From contig CAYUQJ010000007.1 of NCBI GenBank assembly GCA_964446955.1, forward strand, positions 103,918 to 167,917: DNA of 64,000 bases, given 5' to 3'. The position numbers and the translations under genes were made by a program. Shown here piece after piece: positions 37,445-48,311 of the stretch; positions within the stretch are counted from its first letter, which is position 1; the number at the start of each line of letters is the position of its first letter. The notes beneath the pieces are model-generated. The model ran no database searches and had not been told where the DNA came from. It worked only from the letters and a program-made list of their open reading frames with translations. This stretch comes from an uncultured Leptolinea sp. (lineage in GTDB: Bacteria; Chloroflexota; Anaerolineae; Anaerolineales; Anaerolineaceae).

Positions 37445-38365
37445 ATGCAAACGACACCTGAAACCGCCCGTATGTTTTTCAAAAAAATGCTAAAGGCACT
37501 GGGACATGAAAAGCTAACTCCAGCCATCTTTCTTGAGTATTTTTATCTCTTATCCGGCGCGGTTATCCAGGCTCTGGCGATGCGGTTATTTCTTGTGCCG
37601 GCGCAATTGGTCAGCGGTGGAATCAGCGGTATTGGCCAGATTGTGAACGCGTTTACCGGGTGGCCGATCGGTTTAATGGTCTTTATTGGAAACGTTCCAT
37701 TATTCCTGCTGGGCTGGCGCTTTCTCGGCGGTCCACGCTTTGCTTTGCGTACGGCATTGTCGATTACTGTTTTTTCCTTCTTAACAGACGCGTTTATGTG
37801 GATCATCCCTGGTGAGGGTGTGACCCATGATCTGGTTCTGAATAGTCTGTATGGTGGTGTGATGCTCGGTGTGGGATTAGGTCTCGTTTACCGGGGACGG
37901 GGAACCTCCGGCGGAAGCGATATTCTCGGGCGTATTTTAAATTACCGTTTTGGCATATCCATCTCGCAGTCCTACCTGATTACAGACACACTTGTCGTCC
38001 TCGCCGGTGGATTTGCATTCGATTGGGAGAAGGCGTTATACGGACTGGTCGTGATCTATGTCAGCGGATTGGCCGCAGAGATGGTCTCGGAGGGAAGCAG
38101 TATCTTCCGAACGGCATTGATTGTTAGCTGTAAACCGGAAGAGGTTTCCAACAAGATATTGCTGGATATGGAACGTGGTGTGACGATACTTAAAGGGACA
38201 GGTGCTTATACCGGCACCGATAGGCCTGTTTTGTATGTGGTTATCAGTCGCGCGGAAGTAAACCAGGTTAAAGCTCTGGTCCATGAAGTTGATCCCAATG
38301 CGTTCATGGTGATTAGCCAGGCACACGAAGCTTTGGGTGAAGGGTTTAAACCGCTGATGCGGTGA
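37445..38365 (+). CDS. YitT family membrane protein (DUF161/DUF2179)
   Basis: SGGISG, NVPLF, GTSGGSD, RGVT...G.GAYTG and DPNAF motifs. The start is approximate because the longer ORF overlaps the tRNA. Confidence 0.88.
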   Translation: MQTTPETARMFFKKMLKALGHEKLTPAIFLEYFYLLSGAVIQALAMRLFLVPAQLVSGGISGIGQIVNAFTGWPIGLMVFIGNVPLFLLGWRFLGGPRFALRTALSITVFSFLTDAFMWIIPGEGVTHDLVLNSLYGGVMLGVGLGLVYRGRGTSGGSDILGRILNYRFGISISQSYLITDTLVVLAGGFAFDWEKALYGLVVIYVSGLAAEMVSEGSSIFRTALIVSCKPEEVSNKILLDMERGVTILKGTGAYTGTDRPVLYVVISRAEVNQVKALVHEVDPNAFMVISQAHEALGEGFKPLMR

Positions 38366-38477
38366 CACCCTCGCGCACATAACAAGCAATCCACAGGATG
38401 GAATCTTGCCAGTTGGTTTGCTTTCAAGTATAGTCGGGTAAATTATCCAAAAATTCAAAAAATCAAGTGGAACGAGT

Positions 38478-41400
38478 ATGAATCTAGCCAGCACAGAAAA
38501 CCAAGATGGAAAAATTCAGCCGGAAAGCCCGGCGAAGCCGCTTTTTGAAGGATTGCCGGCAATCAATCTCAGAATGGTATTGTCCGGTCTGATCTTAATT
38601 CTTGCTGTCATTACCCGTTTCTATATTCTCGACTTGCGGGTAATGAGCCATGATGAGGTCAACCATGTAGTACCGTCATATGACCTGTTTACTGGCAAAG
38701 GATATAAGCATGATCCTGTGACGCATGGGCCATTGCAATTTCACCTTGTAGCGGCTTCGTATTTCATGCTGGGTGATTCTGATTTTAGCTCACGGGTTCC
38801 AGCGGCTCTGTTCAGTATAGCGGCAGTCGCATTTATCCTTTTTCTTTTTCCACGGTATCTGGGTAAGAATGGCGCACTGATCACGGCTTTTCTGTTTGTG
38901 ATATCGCCCTATTTACTTTATTACGGTCGCTATACGCGTAATGAAGGATTCATCGAACTATTGGGTGTGATGATGCTGTATGCCACTCTGGCGTATCTGG
39001 AATCCGGCCGTACGAAATACTTCTATCTGATGACAGCTTCGCTGGTTCTTCACTTCTGTGTGAAAGAAACAGCTTTTATTTATACTGCCATCCTTTTGAT
39101 CTTCCTGGCTTTAAATTTCCTTTGGGAGACAACCGAGTTGAAGTCGCTGGATCCTACAGCATGGAGAAGGTTTGCCATTTTTGTTATGGCTGCGGGATTG
39201 GGTCTGTTGACGGCCCTGGGCGCCGGAGTCTGGGGGGCTGGATTAAATAAACCAACCGGGGATGATGTGGCTTCCGCCACAACCGCTTCGGCTATTACCG
39301 CGATGCCTGTCTGGGTTCAGGTTAGTATCTATACTGGCGTGGTACTGGCTCTGGTATTCGGGTTATTGGCTCTGGCAAATCTTTCCAGCGCGCTCGGGTG
39401 GAACAAGATCCGCAAACTGCGTTCGTTTGATTTGCTGGTGTTAGTGATCACTCTCGTATTACCCCAGCTTGTCGCGTTTCCCATCAAGTTGATCGGGTGG
39501 GACCCATTGGATTACTCTTCGGTGGGAATGATGCGTACGGGCGCGTTCATCGCCGTTTTTCTGATCGTATCCATCGCTATTGGATACTGGTGGAAAGGTG
39601 AACTCTGGGTAAAAAATGCCGCCCTGTTCTATGCCATTTACGTTGTTTTTTACACAACCTTCTTTCTCAATGGGCGCGGTTTCTTTACAGGAATAGTCGG
39701 TGGTCTCGGTTACTGGCTGGCCCAACAGGGAGTTGAACGGGGTAGTCAGCCCTGGTATTTTTACGGATTGATTCAGGTGCCCATGTATGAGTACCTTCCA
39801 GCGATGGGAGCCTTGCTGGCTCTCTATTTTGGTATCCGGCATAACCGTTTCATCACCTGGGCGGCTCATTCTCCCGCCGCAGATGAAGCTCTGGTCCATT
39901 CACATGAATCTGAAACCCCGGATTGGTTGGATGACGAGGAAGAGCATCATGAGACCAATACGCTGCGGCCGGTTCCGGTGCTGGCTTTGCTCATCTTCTG
40001 GAGTGTTCTGAGCTTAGTGGCATACAGCGCGGCCGGTGAGAAAATGCCCTGGTTGACCGTTCATATTGCCATGCCGTTGGTACTGACAGCCGGTTGGGGA
40101 CTGGGTTATCTGGTGGATACAACTCCTTGGAAACAGGTGGCAACCACCAGCGGGATCATTGCCCTGTTGATCATCCCTGTTTTTCTGCTGGCTTTTTCCA
40201 TGGCAGTGGGGTCGGTCCTTGGGGCGACACCGCCTTTCAAAGGGAGCACACTGGAAGAATTGGAAGCGACCAGTACATTCATATTGGCGGTCCTGGCCGC
40301 GGCGGGCTCGTTGTATGGCATTCTGCGGTTACTCTGGAATTTCACCGTAAATGAGTTACTAAGACTTCTGGTATCAGGATTCTTTGTCCTTCTCACCATC
40401 CTGAGTATCCGGACTACCGTGATGGCCAATTACATAAACTATGACACTGCCAAGGAATACCTGGTTTATGCCCATGCTGCCCGCGGTCCGAAGGATATTT
40501 TGGAGCAGATCGAAGAGATATCACGGCGGACAACCGGTGGAAAAGATCTTATTGTCGCGTATGACAATGACGGTCTGTACCCATTCTGGTGGTATATGCG
40601 TGATTATCCCAACCACCGTTGGTATACCGACAAACCATCGCGTGAATTGCGTGACGCTGCTGTCGTTATTGCGGGCGATACGAATTTCAGCAAGGTCGAT
40701 ACCATCCTAAAAGATGAATATATTCAATACACATACCAGCGGTTGTGGTGGCCTAACCAGGATTATTTTGATCTGGACTGGCCTCGCATCAAAGGCGTAC
40801 TTTTCAATCCGGAGATGCGCGCGGCTATTTTTGATATCTGGCTCAACCGTGACTATTCAGCCTATGCAAAGGTGACCAATAATCAGACTCTTACATTGGA
40901 AACATGGCAGCCGTCGGCAAAATTGCGTATGTACATCCGAAGGAACATTGTGTCTGATATTTGGAATTTTGGCGCGGCTCCTGCTGTTATCGAAGAAGCG
41001 GAGGTGGATCCCTATATGGCCAAACTGGTCATGCTTGAACCGGATACCGTTATAGGCGCTGAGGGCAGCGCGGATGGTCAATTCAACAAACCCCGGTCTC
41101 TGGCCGTTGCGGCGGATGGGTCACTCTATGTTGCCGACTCGTCTAACCACCGCATCCAACATCTGACAGAAGATGGTCAGGTATTGCATGTTTGGGGTTC
41201 ATTCGGTGATACCACACAGGCCGAAGCGCCGGGCGGTATGTTTAATGAGCCCTGGGGAATCGCGTTGGGACCGGATGGATCAGTATTTGTAACCGATACC
41301 TGGAATCACCGTGTTCAAAAGTTTGCAGGCGATGGCCGTTTCTTGAAGATGTGGGGTTACTTCGGACAGGGTGAGACACCGGACGCTTTCTGGGGACCCC

Positions 41401-41927
41401 GCGGGATCGCTGTAGATACAAAGGGTAATGTATATGTGACTGATACCGGGAATAAACGTGTGGTGGTTTTCACCTCGGAGGGCGAATTTATCACACAGTT
41501 CGGAAACGAAGGGATGGATCCAGGTCAGTTTGATGAACCGGTCGGAATTGCAGTCGGTCAGGATGGATTGGTATATGTGGCAGATACCTGGAACTCACGG
41601 GTGCAGATATTTTCTCCGGATGAGAATGGGACGAATTTCTATCTGCTGCGTGCCTGGGAAGTCAACGCATGGTTGGGACAAAGTCTGGATAATAAACCAT
41701 TCATCGCGGTTGAACCCGGGGGCAACTTGATTATTGCAGACCCGGAAGGTTACCGGGTGCTGGAATTTGACGGAGAAGGCCAATTTGTCATGGGCTGGGG
41801 TGATTACAGCACAGAAATTGATGGTTTCGGGCTTGTCTCCGGTGTGGCGGTTGACCCCAATGGCGGAGTCTGGGTGAGTGATGGCGGCAACAATCGCTTG
41901 TTGCACTTCAATCTTCCCCCGGGATAA
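38478..41927 (+). CDS. TIGR03663-like (PMT/GT-C-like) membrane protein fused to a C-terminal NHL-repeat beta-propeller
   Basis: R.MSHDE..H, Y.HDP..HGP, YGRY.RNE, KE and EKMPWL..H motifs, then repeated F..P.G.AV..DG..YV.D..N.R.Q. Confidence 0.8.
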   Translation: MNLASTENQDGKIQPESPAKPLFEGLPAINLRMVLSGLILILAVITRFYILDLRVMSHDEVNHVVPSYDLFTGKGYKHDPVTHGPLQFHLVAASYFMLGDSDFSSRVPAALFSIAAVAFILFLFPRYLGKNGALITAFLFVISPYLLYYGRYTRNEGFIELLGVMMLYATLAYLESGRTKYFYLMTASLVLHFCVKETAFIYTAILLIFLALNFLWETTELKSLDPTAWRRFAIFVMAAGLGLLTALGAGVWGAGLNKPTGDDVASATTASAITAMPVWVQVSIYTGVVLALVFGLLALANLSSALGWNKIRKLRSFDLLVLVITLVLPQLVAFPIKLIGWDPLDYSSVGMMRTGAFIAVFLIVSIAIGYWWKGELWVKNAALFYAIYVVFYTTFFLNGRGFFTGIVGGLGYWLAQQGVERGSQPWYFYGLIQVPMYEYLPAMGALLALYFGIRHNRFITWAAHSPAADEALVHSHESETPDWLDDEEEHHETNTLRPVPVLALLIFWSVLSLVAYSAAGEKMPWLTVHIAMPLVLTAGWGLGYLVDTTPWKQVATTSGIIALLIIPVFLLAFSMAVGSVLGATPPFKGSTLEELEATSTFILAVLAAAGSLYGILRLLWNFTVNELLRLLVSGFFVLLTILSIRTTVMANYINYDTAKEYLVYAHAARGPKDILEQIEEISRRTTGGKDLIVAYDNDGLYPFWWYMRDYPNHRWYTDKPSRELRDAAVVIAGDTNFSKVDTILKDEYIQYTYQRLWWPNQDYFDLDWPRIKGVLFNPEMRAAIFDIWLNRDYSAYAKVTNNQTLTLETWQPSAKLRMYIRRNIVSDIWNFGAAPAVIEEAEVDPYMAKLVMLEPDTVIGAEGSADGQFNKPRSLAVAADGSLYVADSSNHRIQHLTEDGQVLHVWGSFGDTTQAEAPGGMFNEPWGIALGPDGSVFVTDTWNHRVQKFAGDGRFLKMWGYFGQGETPDAFWGPRGIAVDTKGNVYVTDTGNKRVVVFTSEGEFITQFGNEGMDPGQFDEPVGIAVGQDGLVYVADTWNSRVQIFSPDENGTNFYLLRAWEVNAWLGQSLDNKPFIAVEPGGNLIIADPEGYRVLEFDGEGQFVMGWGDYSTEIDGFGLVSGVAVDPNGGVWVSDGGNNRLLHFNLPPG

Positions 41928-41935
41928 AAAGTCTT

Positions 41936-42937
41936 TCAGGCAAATTTTTCTGTTGAAAATGCCCCGTGACCCTGTTTAATGGATTGGTTCATCCAGATCA
42001 GGGTCACGTGCTTTTCATACCCCGCGGATTGAAAGCATCGTTCCGCGATACCATGTGGAAAATTGACGGCCAGCGTGCGGTTTGATGGCGCTTCTGTCCG
42101 GGCGTGTGTGAGCAGGGAAAAGAGGGCGCCTTCCTCCAATACTGGTGGAACAGCCAGCCATAGATTATCCGTGTTACCCCGATAGTATTCAAGAGAGGCG
42201 ACTCCCAGAAGGCGGTCCTCACGACGGGCTGCCCACTGGTATATGGTCTCATCATTGAAAAACTGGGAAAATCTTGTCCAGAAACCGGGTTGAAAATTGC
42301 GGATCTGAAATGGGAGATGCCAGGAGATTTCCGGGGGATATATCCTTTGAAGCCAGTTCTTTTGACTGGGCCAATCTGAAGACCGGCGGCGGGTTATGGA
42401 GATTGTGTTTCCCGTGAGGGAGTCTTTGTAATTTTGTGGTTGTGAATGATACGTGGTACGCCGGGCAATCTCATGAAAACCGAGACTGGCATACAGGTCA
42501 TACGCCGCATGATTGTCGTCGCGAACTTGCAGCCAGGCGGAATGTCCGCCGCGTTCGTGAATGTAATCCAGCGCGGATAACGTCATTTTTCTGGCTATGC
42601 CCTGCCGGCGGTAATCCGGGTTGGTTGCCACGTTCGCGATCAGATAATTCCATTTGCCTTCGCGCAGGAATGGAATTATGGTCAGATTGCCGACCAGTTT
42701 GCCGTCGACTTCCCACACAAAGCCGTGCATGGGAACACCTGTGCCGCTCAAATTATGACTCATGCTGAACAGGGATTTTTGTGATTGGGCGACGCGGCGG
42801 ATCTGACGGACATATTCACGTCCATCTTCGTCCATCTGGAAGTTAAAACACATATCAATCAAATCCGCCACACCATTCAGGTCCTTGCGGGGATCCATGG
42901 GGCGGAGGTGGGGATTGTTCGTCAGTTCGTCAGTCAT
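41936..42937 (-). CDS. GNAT family acetyltransferase (two-domain)
   Basis: NVAT.PDYRRQGIA and LQVRDDN..A..LY..LGF motifs. Start trimmed to the ATG at 42937. Confidence 0.85.
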   Translation of the reverse strand: MTDELTNNPHLRPMDPRKDLNGVADLIDMCFNFQMDEDGREYVRQIRRVAQSQKSLFSMSHNLSGTGVPMHGFVWEVDGKLVGNLTIIPFLREGKWNYLIANVATNPDYRRQGIARKMTLSALDYIHERGGHSAWLQVRDDNHAAYDLYASLGFHEIARRTTYHSQPQNYKDSLTGNTISITRRRSSDWPSQKNWLQRIYPPEISWHLPFQIRNFQPGFWTRFSQFFNDETIYQWAARREDRLLGVASLEYYRGNTDNLWLAVPPVLEEGALFSLLTHARTEAPSNRTLAVNFPHGIAERCFQSAGYEKHVTLIWMNQSIKQGHGAFSTEKFA

Positions 42938-43056
42938 ACAGGGATATTGTACCGAAAATGCTGATGTATTTCTTATACAGCGTAGAATTGTTTCATGTAT
43001 TGATAATGCTATAATCATTTGACCGGGGTCAATTACTCCCGGCAAGGACGGACTCT

Positions 43057-45531
43057 ATGATGCGATTTGACCGATTTACCGAGCGCGCTCAGGAAGCGGC
43101 TCAACGGGCGGCGGAAATCATCCAACGCTACGGACATAATCAGATCGATACAGAACACATCCTGCTGGCCCTGATCGAACAACCGCAGGGAATGGTAACC
43201 CAGCTTCTTGAAGTGCTTAAGGTTGATCCGGGTACTCTCTCGGAACGGCTGGATTACATTTTGCGTACCAGTCCCAAAGCAAGTATCTTTGGCGGTGGCG
43301 CGGGACAGATTTTCATAACCCCGCGGGTAAAGCGGATCATGGATCTGGCGAATGAAGAAGCCAGCCGGTTAAAAGACGAGTACATTTCCACGGAGCATAT
43401 GTTCCTGGCGATCTTAAGCGAACGCAATACCCCGGCCGCCCGCCTGTTGGAAGGCGCGGGGCTGACACGCGACCGTGTGTATGATGCCATCATCCAGCAG
43501 CGGGGCGGGCAGCGGGTGACAGACCCGCAGTCGGAAACCCGTTTTCGCACATTGGAAAAATACTCCCGCGACCTGACTACCCAGGCCAGGGAAGGCAAGC
43601 TGGATCCCGTGATCGGGCGGGACAATGAGATTCTGCGCGTGATGCAAATTCTGTCACGCCGCACCAAGAACAATCCGGTGCTAATCGGGGAAGCCGGTGT
43701 CGGAAAGACCGCCATTGTGGAAGGTCTGGCGCAGAAGATCGCCGCGAATGATGTGCCGGAGATCCTTATGGGCAAGCGGGTTGTCTCGCTTGACCTGGGG
43801 GCCATGATCGCCGGTTCACGATTCCGCGGCGAATTTGAAGAACGCCTGAAAGCGGCCATAGAAGAGGTGCAACGTTCGGAAGGTGAGATCATCCTCTTCA
43901 TTGATGAACTTCACACCGTTGTCGGCGCGGGCGCGGCTCAGGGCGCCATGGATGCCAGCAATATGCTCAAACCTGCCCTGGCGCGCGGTGAATTGCAGTG
44001 CGTTGGCGCGACCACGCTTGATGAATATCACAAATTTATTGAAAAAGATACAGCGCTGGAGCGGCGATTCGCTCCGGTGTTTGTAGAGGAACCCAGTGTG
44101 GAAGATACCATCTCCATGCTGCATGGATTGCGTGATCGCTACGAAGCACACCACAAAGTGCATTTTTCTGATGAAGCTCTTGTTGCTGCCGCGCGGCTCT
44201 CTGACCGCTATGTGACCGAGCGCCATTTACCGGATAAGGCTATTGACCTGATCGATGAATCGGCGGCAAAATTACGCGTCGCGTTGTTTTCCATGCCTCA
44301 GGATTTGAAAGACCGCAAGAGTGAGATCGATAAACTCCGCGCGGAAGAGGAACAGGCCGGTGTGGAGCGTGACTATGAACGTGCCGCCCGCAAAAAAGCC
44401 GACCGTCTGCGCATGGAAACCGAGTTCAATGAATTGCGCGACAAATGGGAAGAGGAACACAAGCTCGATGAGGTTGTGGATGTCAATGACATCGCCGAAG
44501 TTGTCTGCCAGTGGACGGGGATACCGGTTAACCAGATGATGGAAACAGAACAAACCCGCCTGCTGCAAATGGAAGAACGCCTGCATGAACGTGTCATCGG
44601 GCAGGAAGAAGCTATTCATGCTTTGGCTGATGCCATACGGCGTGCCCGCAGCGGGCTAAAAGATCCGCGCCGGCCGATTGGTTCGTTCATCTTCATTGGC
44701 CCATCGGGTGTGGGTAAGACCGAGCTTGCCAAGGCATTGGCGGAATTTATGTTTGATGATGAAGAGGCACTGGTACGCCTCGATATGAGCGAATACCGCG
44801 AACAGCATACTGCCTCGCGCCTGTTCGGCGCCCCTCCAGGCTATGTGGGCTACGAAGAAGGCGGCCAGTTGACAGAAGCTGTCCGGCGCCGTCCCTACCG
44901 GGTGATCCTGTTCGACGAGATCGAAAAGGCGCATCCCGAAGTATGGAACGCCCTGTTGCAGATCCTGGATGACGGCCGGTTAACGGATGGACAGGGAAGG
45001 CTGGTTGATTTCCGTAATACCGTGTTGATCATGACCAGCAACCTGGGTACTGAATATGTGAAACGCAACGGTTCGCTGGGCTTTGTCATCGGCGAGACAG
45101 ATGAAGAACGTGAAGCCCACGATAAAGTGGAAAAAGCGTTGAAATCCACCTTCCGTCCGGAATTTGTCAACCGCATTGACGAAGTGATCATGTTCTCACC
45201 GCTCACTCGCGAGCAGATGGGTCAGATTGTTGATCTGCAGATGAAAGAAGTAGGCAACCGACTGCAGGAACACGGGTTGGACGTTATTCTCACACCGGAA
45301 GCGCGCGAATGGGTTTCCAATCTTGGATTTGACCCGGCTTTTGGCGCGCGTCCCTTGCGCCGCGCACTGCAGAAATATGTGGAAAGCCCGCTTTCCATCA
45401 GTCTGCTGTCGGGCGAGTTCGTGGAAGGTGATGTGGTCACGGTGGATCTGGATAAGGAAGCCGATAAGCTCACCTTTACAAAATCAGAAAAAGCCGATAT
45501 ATCTAAAACACAGGCGGAAGTATCCGCTTGA
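43057..45531 (+). CDS. clpC: Clp protease ATP-binding subunit ClpC
   Basis: Clp-N repeats, two AAA+ modules ([16 protein letters not shown]), a short middle coiled coil and the ClpP-docking SLGF loop. Confidence 0.88.
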   Translation: MMRFDRFTERAQEAAQRAAEIIQRYGHNQIDTEHILLALIEQPQGMVTQLLEVLKVDPGTLSERLDYILRTSPKASIFGGGAGQIFITPRVKRIMDLANEEASRLKDEYISTEHMFLAILSERNTPAARLLEGAGLTRDRVYDAIIQQRGGQRVTDPQSETRFRTLEKYSRDLTTQAREGKLDPVIGRDNEILRVMQILSRRTKNNPVLIGEAGVGKTAIVEGLAQKIAANDVPEILMGKRVVSLDLGAMIAGSRFRGEFEERLKAAIEEVQRSEGEIILFIDELHTVVGAGAAQGAMDASNMLKPALARGELQCVGATTLDEYHKFIEKDTALERRFAPVFVEEPSVEDTISMLHGLRDRYEAHHKVHFSDEALVAAARLSDRYVTERHLPDKAIDLIDESAAKLRVALFSMPQDLKDRKSEIDKLRAEEEQAGVERDYERAARKKADRLRMETEFNELRDKWEEEHKLDEVVDVNDIAEVVCQWTGIPVNQMMETEQTRLLQMEERLHERVIGQEEAIHALADAIRRARSGLKDPRRPIGSFIFIGPSGVGKTELAKALAEFMFDDEEALVRLDMSEYREQHTASRLFGAPPGYVGYEEGGQLTEAVRRRPYRVILFDEIEKAHPEVWNALLQILDDGRLTDGQGRLVDFRNTVLIMTSNLGTEYVKRNGSLGFVIGETDEEREAHDKVEKALKSTFRPEFVNRIDEVIMFSPLTREQMGQIVDLQMKEVGNRLQEHGLDVILTPEAREWVSNLGFDPAFGARPLRRALQKYVESPLSISLLSGEFVEGDVVTVDLDKEADKLTFTKSEKADISKTQAEVSA

Positions 45532-45609
45532 TGTACGCCTTCTCCCAGCCCGGGTTCACCGGGCGATGGAGTTCGCGGTTCTGTATTTTTAAACAGGAGT
45601 AGTTACCTG

Positions 45610-46116
45610 ATGGCATTAAGAAACATAGTTACTCTTCCCGAACCTGTGTTGCGGCGAAAAGCCCACAAGGTTACGGAATTTGGTAAAGATTTTGAAAAGC
45701 TGGTTGATGACATGATCGAAACGATGCGTGTCGCACCGGGTGTCGGTCTTGCCGCCCCGCAGATAGGCGTCTCGGAGCGGGTGATCGTAGTTGAATTCGG
45801 CGACGAAGAAGACGAAGAAGCTCCGAAGAAATTGTATGTGGTAGCCAATCCCGAGGTAACCAGTGCCTCCGAACAGATAGTAAACGGTGTGGAAGCCTGT
45901 CTCTCTGTACCCGGTCTGGCGGGAGAGGTGGAACGGTATTATGGGGTGACCGTGAAAGGTTTGAATCGCAAGGGTAAGCCGGTCAAGATCAAAGCGCAAG
46001 GCTGGCTGGCGCGCATATTCCAGCATGAAATGGACCACCTGGACGGGATCATCTACACTGACCGTGCCACCGAGGTCTGGAAACCGAGGGAAGGCGAGGA
46101 TATTCCGGCCGATTAG
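45610..46116 (+). CDS. def: Peptide deformylase
   Basis: GVGLAAPQIG, EACLS and QHEMDHLDG motifs. Confidence 0.96.
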   Translation: MALRNIVTLPEPVLRRKAHKVTEFGKDFEKLVDDMIETMRVAPGVGLAAPQIGVSERVIVVEFGDEEDEEAPKKLYVVANPEVTSASEQIVNGVEACLSVPGLAGEVERYYGVTVKGLNRKGKPVKIKAQGWLARIFQHEMDHLDGIIYTDRATEVWKPREGEDIPAD

Positions 46117-46119
46117 ACC

Positions 46120-47304
46120 ATGCGCCTGAACCGCCTGTCGCTGACCAATTTTCGCGCCTTTTCCCGCCTGGAGATGGACATCCCCGGGCGGATTCTTGTT
46201 CTGGTGGGTGATAACGCGCAGGGCAAGACCAGTCTGATGGAAGCCGTCTATTACCTGGCAACATTCGCTTCCTTTCAGGCCGGGACTGACCGGCAGATGA
46301 TCAATTTTTCGGCGGTTGACGAACCGCTGGCTGTGGCACGGATTGTGGCGGAATTCGAACGCGGCGGTCAGCCGCATCGCCTGGAGGTGCGCGTAATTCA
46401 GGAACCGGTATTACCTGCCGGGTCGCGCACACGCAAAGAAATACTGGTTGATGGTGTTAAGAAGAGCGCGGCGGAAGCGGTCGGTCAGTTCTCCGCGGTT
46501 ATCTTTCTGCCGCAGATGACGCGCATCATAGAGGGGAGCCCCGATGACCGCCGGAAATTCTTAAACATGGCATTATGCCAGGCTGTTCCGGGTTACGCGC
46601 GAGCGCTTAGCGATTATTCTCGGGTTGTCACCCGGAGAAACGCGTTGTTGAAATTGCTGGCCGAACAGCATGGCCAGGCGGATCAGCTTGTCTACTGGGA
46701 TGAGCAATTGACCAATCTGGGTTCCGAAATGGTACTGTCGCGGGCGACTGCCGTACGTCAACTGGAAGAGCACGCGTCACGGCTGCACCAGCGGCTTACC
46801 GGCGGATTGGAACGGCTGGCCATCTGGTACAAACCTGCGCTTGATCAGGCGGACTTCCCGGCTGAAGGATTAATGCTGGAGGATGTTAAAGATATCTTCC
46901 GGAAGTCGATCCAGCGGGCGCGAAATGAAGAGATCGCCCGGGGGGTGACCGTCTGCGGACCGCATCGCGACGATCTGCAATTCCTGTGCAATGACCTTGA
47001 TCTGGGGGATTTCGGTTCGCGCGGACAGGTGAGAACGGCCATGCTCTCACTAAAATTAGCCGAGGTCAACTGGATGCGTTCGCAAACCGGTGAGTGGCCG
47101 GTTTTGCTGTTGGATGAGACCCTGGCTGAATTGGACCTTCACCGGCGGGCGGATCTGCAGGAGACGCTGGAGGAATGTGACCAGGGGATATTGACGACCA
47201 CAGATCTGCATCAGTTCTCTGACGCGTTTATGGCCGGCTGCGCCGTCTGGCGGGTATCGGCCGGTTGTGTGCAGGTGGAGCCAGCGCCTACAGCGGGCGC
47301 TTAG
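46120..47304 (+). CDS. recF: DNA replication/repair protein RecF
   Basis: NFR, GDNAQGKT, GPHRDD, GSRGQ and PVLLLDE..AELD motifs. Confidence 0.95.
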   Translation: MRLNRLSLTNFRAFSRLEMDIPGRILVLVGDNAQGKTSLMEAVYYLATFASFQAGTDRQMINFSAVDEPLAVARIVAEFERGGQPHRLEVRVIQEPVLPAGSRTRKEILVDGVKKSAAEAVGQFSAVIFLPQMTRIIEGSPDDRRKFLNMALCQAVPGYARALSDYSRVVTRRNALLKLLAEQHGQADQLVYWDEQLTNLGSEMVLSRATAVRQLEEHASRLHQRLTGGLERLAIWYKPALDQADFPAEGLMLEDVKDIFRKSIQRARNEEIARGVTVCGPHRDDLQFLCNDLDLGDFGSRGQVRTAMLSLKLAEVNWMRSQTGEWPVLLLDETLAELDLHRRADLQETLEECDQGILTTTDLHQFSDAFMAGCAVWRVSAGCVQVEPAPTAGA

Positions 47305-47998
47305 CGGCCAATCCGGCACGGCGCGGATAGGCGGGCGGTGTGGCAGCCACTTTATCGATGATCACCAGGTATCGGTCATCCGCCACACCCGGCAGTTCAA
47401 CCGGCGTGATCTGCCGGACATGACCACCCAGCACGCGCAACGCATGTTCTGCGGCATGTACCTCTGCCGGGGCTGATTCACCTTTCTGGGCGACCACACG
47501 ACCACCAACCTTTACAAGCGGGAGAAGATATTCTGCCAGTACCGGCAGCGCCGCCACGGCGCGGGCTACCGCCATGTCATACATTTCCCGGTGATCCGGC
47601 ATTTGTCCCAGGTCTTCCGCCCGGGTTTGGATCACATCAACCTTGTCCAGTTGAAGCAGGTCCACGATATGGCGGCAGAAATCCGCCTTCTTTCCCACCG
47701 ATTCCACCAGCGTCAGGCGCAGATGGGGAAAGGCGATCTTCAGCGGGACGCCGGGAAAACCGGCACCCGTACCAATGTCGATCATCCGAACCGGCCAGGT
47801 CTCTTTAAAACCCTGCAGGCAGGTGAGCGAATCGAGGAAATGTTTTGCGCGGATCTCCTCCGGTTTGCGGATGGCCGTGAGGTTGAACTTCTCGTTCCAT
47901 TCCAGTAATTCCCTCTCATACAGGGTGAATAATTCCACCTGCCGGGACGAAAGTTGAAGGTTGAGAAGCGATCTGGCATGCGTCGGGAGAAAATCCAT
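47288..47998 (-). CDS. rsmG: 16S rRNA m7G527 methyltransferase
   Basis: NLTAI, HFLDS, DIGTGAGFPG, RAE and ARAVA motifs. Confidence 0.95.
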   Translation of the reverse strand: MDFLPTHARSLLNLQLSSRQVELFTLYERELLEWNEKFNLTAIRKPEEIRAKHFLDSLTCLQGFKETWPVRMIDIGTGAGFPGVPLKIAFPHLRLTLVESVGKKADFCRHIVDLLQLDKVDVIQTRAEDLGQMPDHREMYDMAVARAVAALPVLAEYLLPLVKVGGRVVAQKGESAPAEVHAAEHALRVLGGHVRQITPVELPGVADDRYLVIIDKVAATPPAYPRRAGLAAKRPL

Positions 47999-48058
47999 AA
48001 TGACAAATTATACCGGAGGGAAGCTTTACAGAAATCGTCATTCATCGGAAATTCACAC

Positions 48059-48260
48059 TTGACGGAGGCTTGGTCACGGAATTAAAATTATCCGGTCGGA
48101 AGTAACAGATTGGAGAACAGGTATATGGTTTTACAAAAAGGAGAACTTTACACGCTCATCCCGTTCTGCGGGATGAATTCTGTTTCCTGATCGCTCCTGT
48201 AATCTGCTGTGAATGTCATTCTCCACCGCGGGCGCGATCTTTGGCCCGCGGTGATCTGTT
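48059..48260 (+). promoter_or_regulatory. Promoter plus leader-peptide attenuator candidate upstream of the GNAT pair
   Basis: TTGACG-N18-TAAAAT, GGAG RBS, uORF 48125-48190 (MVLQKGELYTLIPFCGMNSVS), and hairpin CACCGCGGGC/GCCCGCGGTG at 48224-48253. Confidence 0.6.
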
Positions 48261-48311
48261 TATCCCCCCGGGTCGCATTGGACCGGAATGGTTTTCAATA
48301 AGCGAGGAAAT

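Noticed and set aside
47288-47304. 17-nt convergent overlap of recF and rsmG
   Set aside because: Short tail-to-tail overlaps are ordinary in compact genomes.
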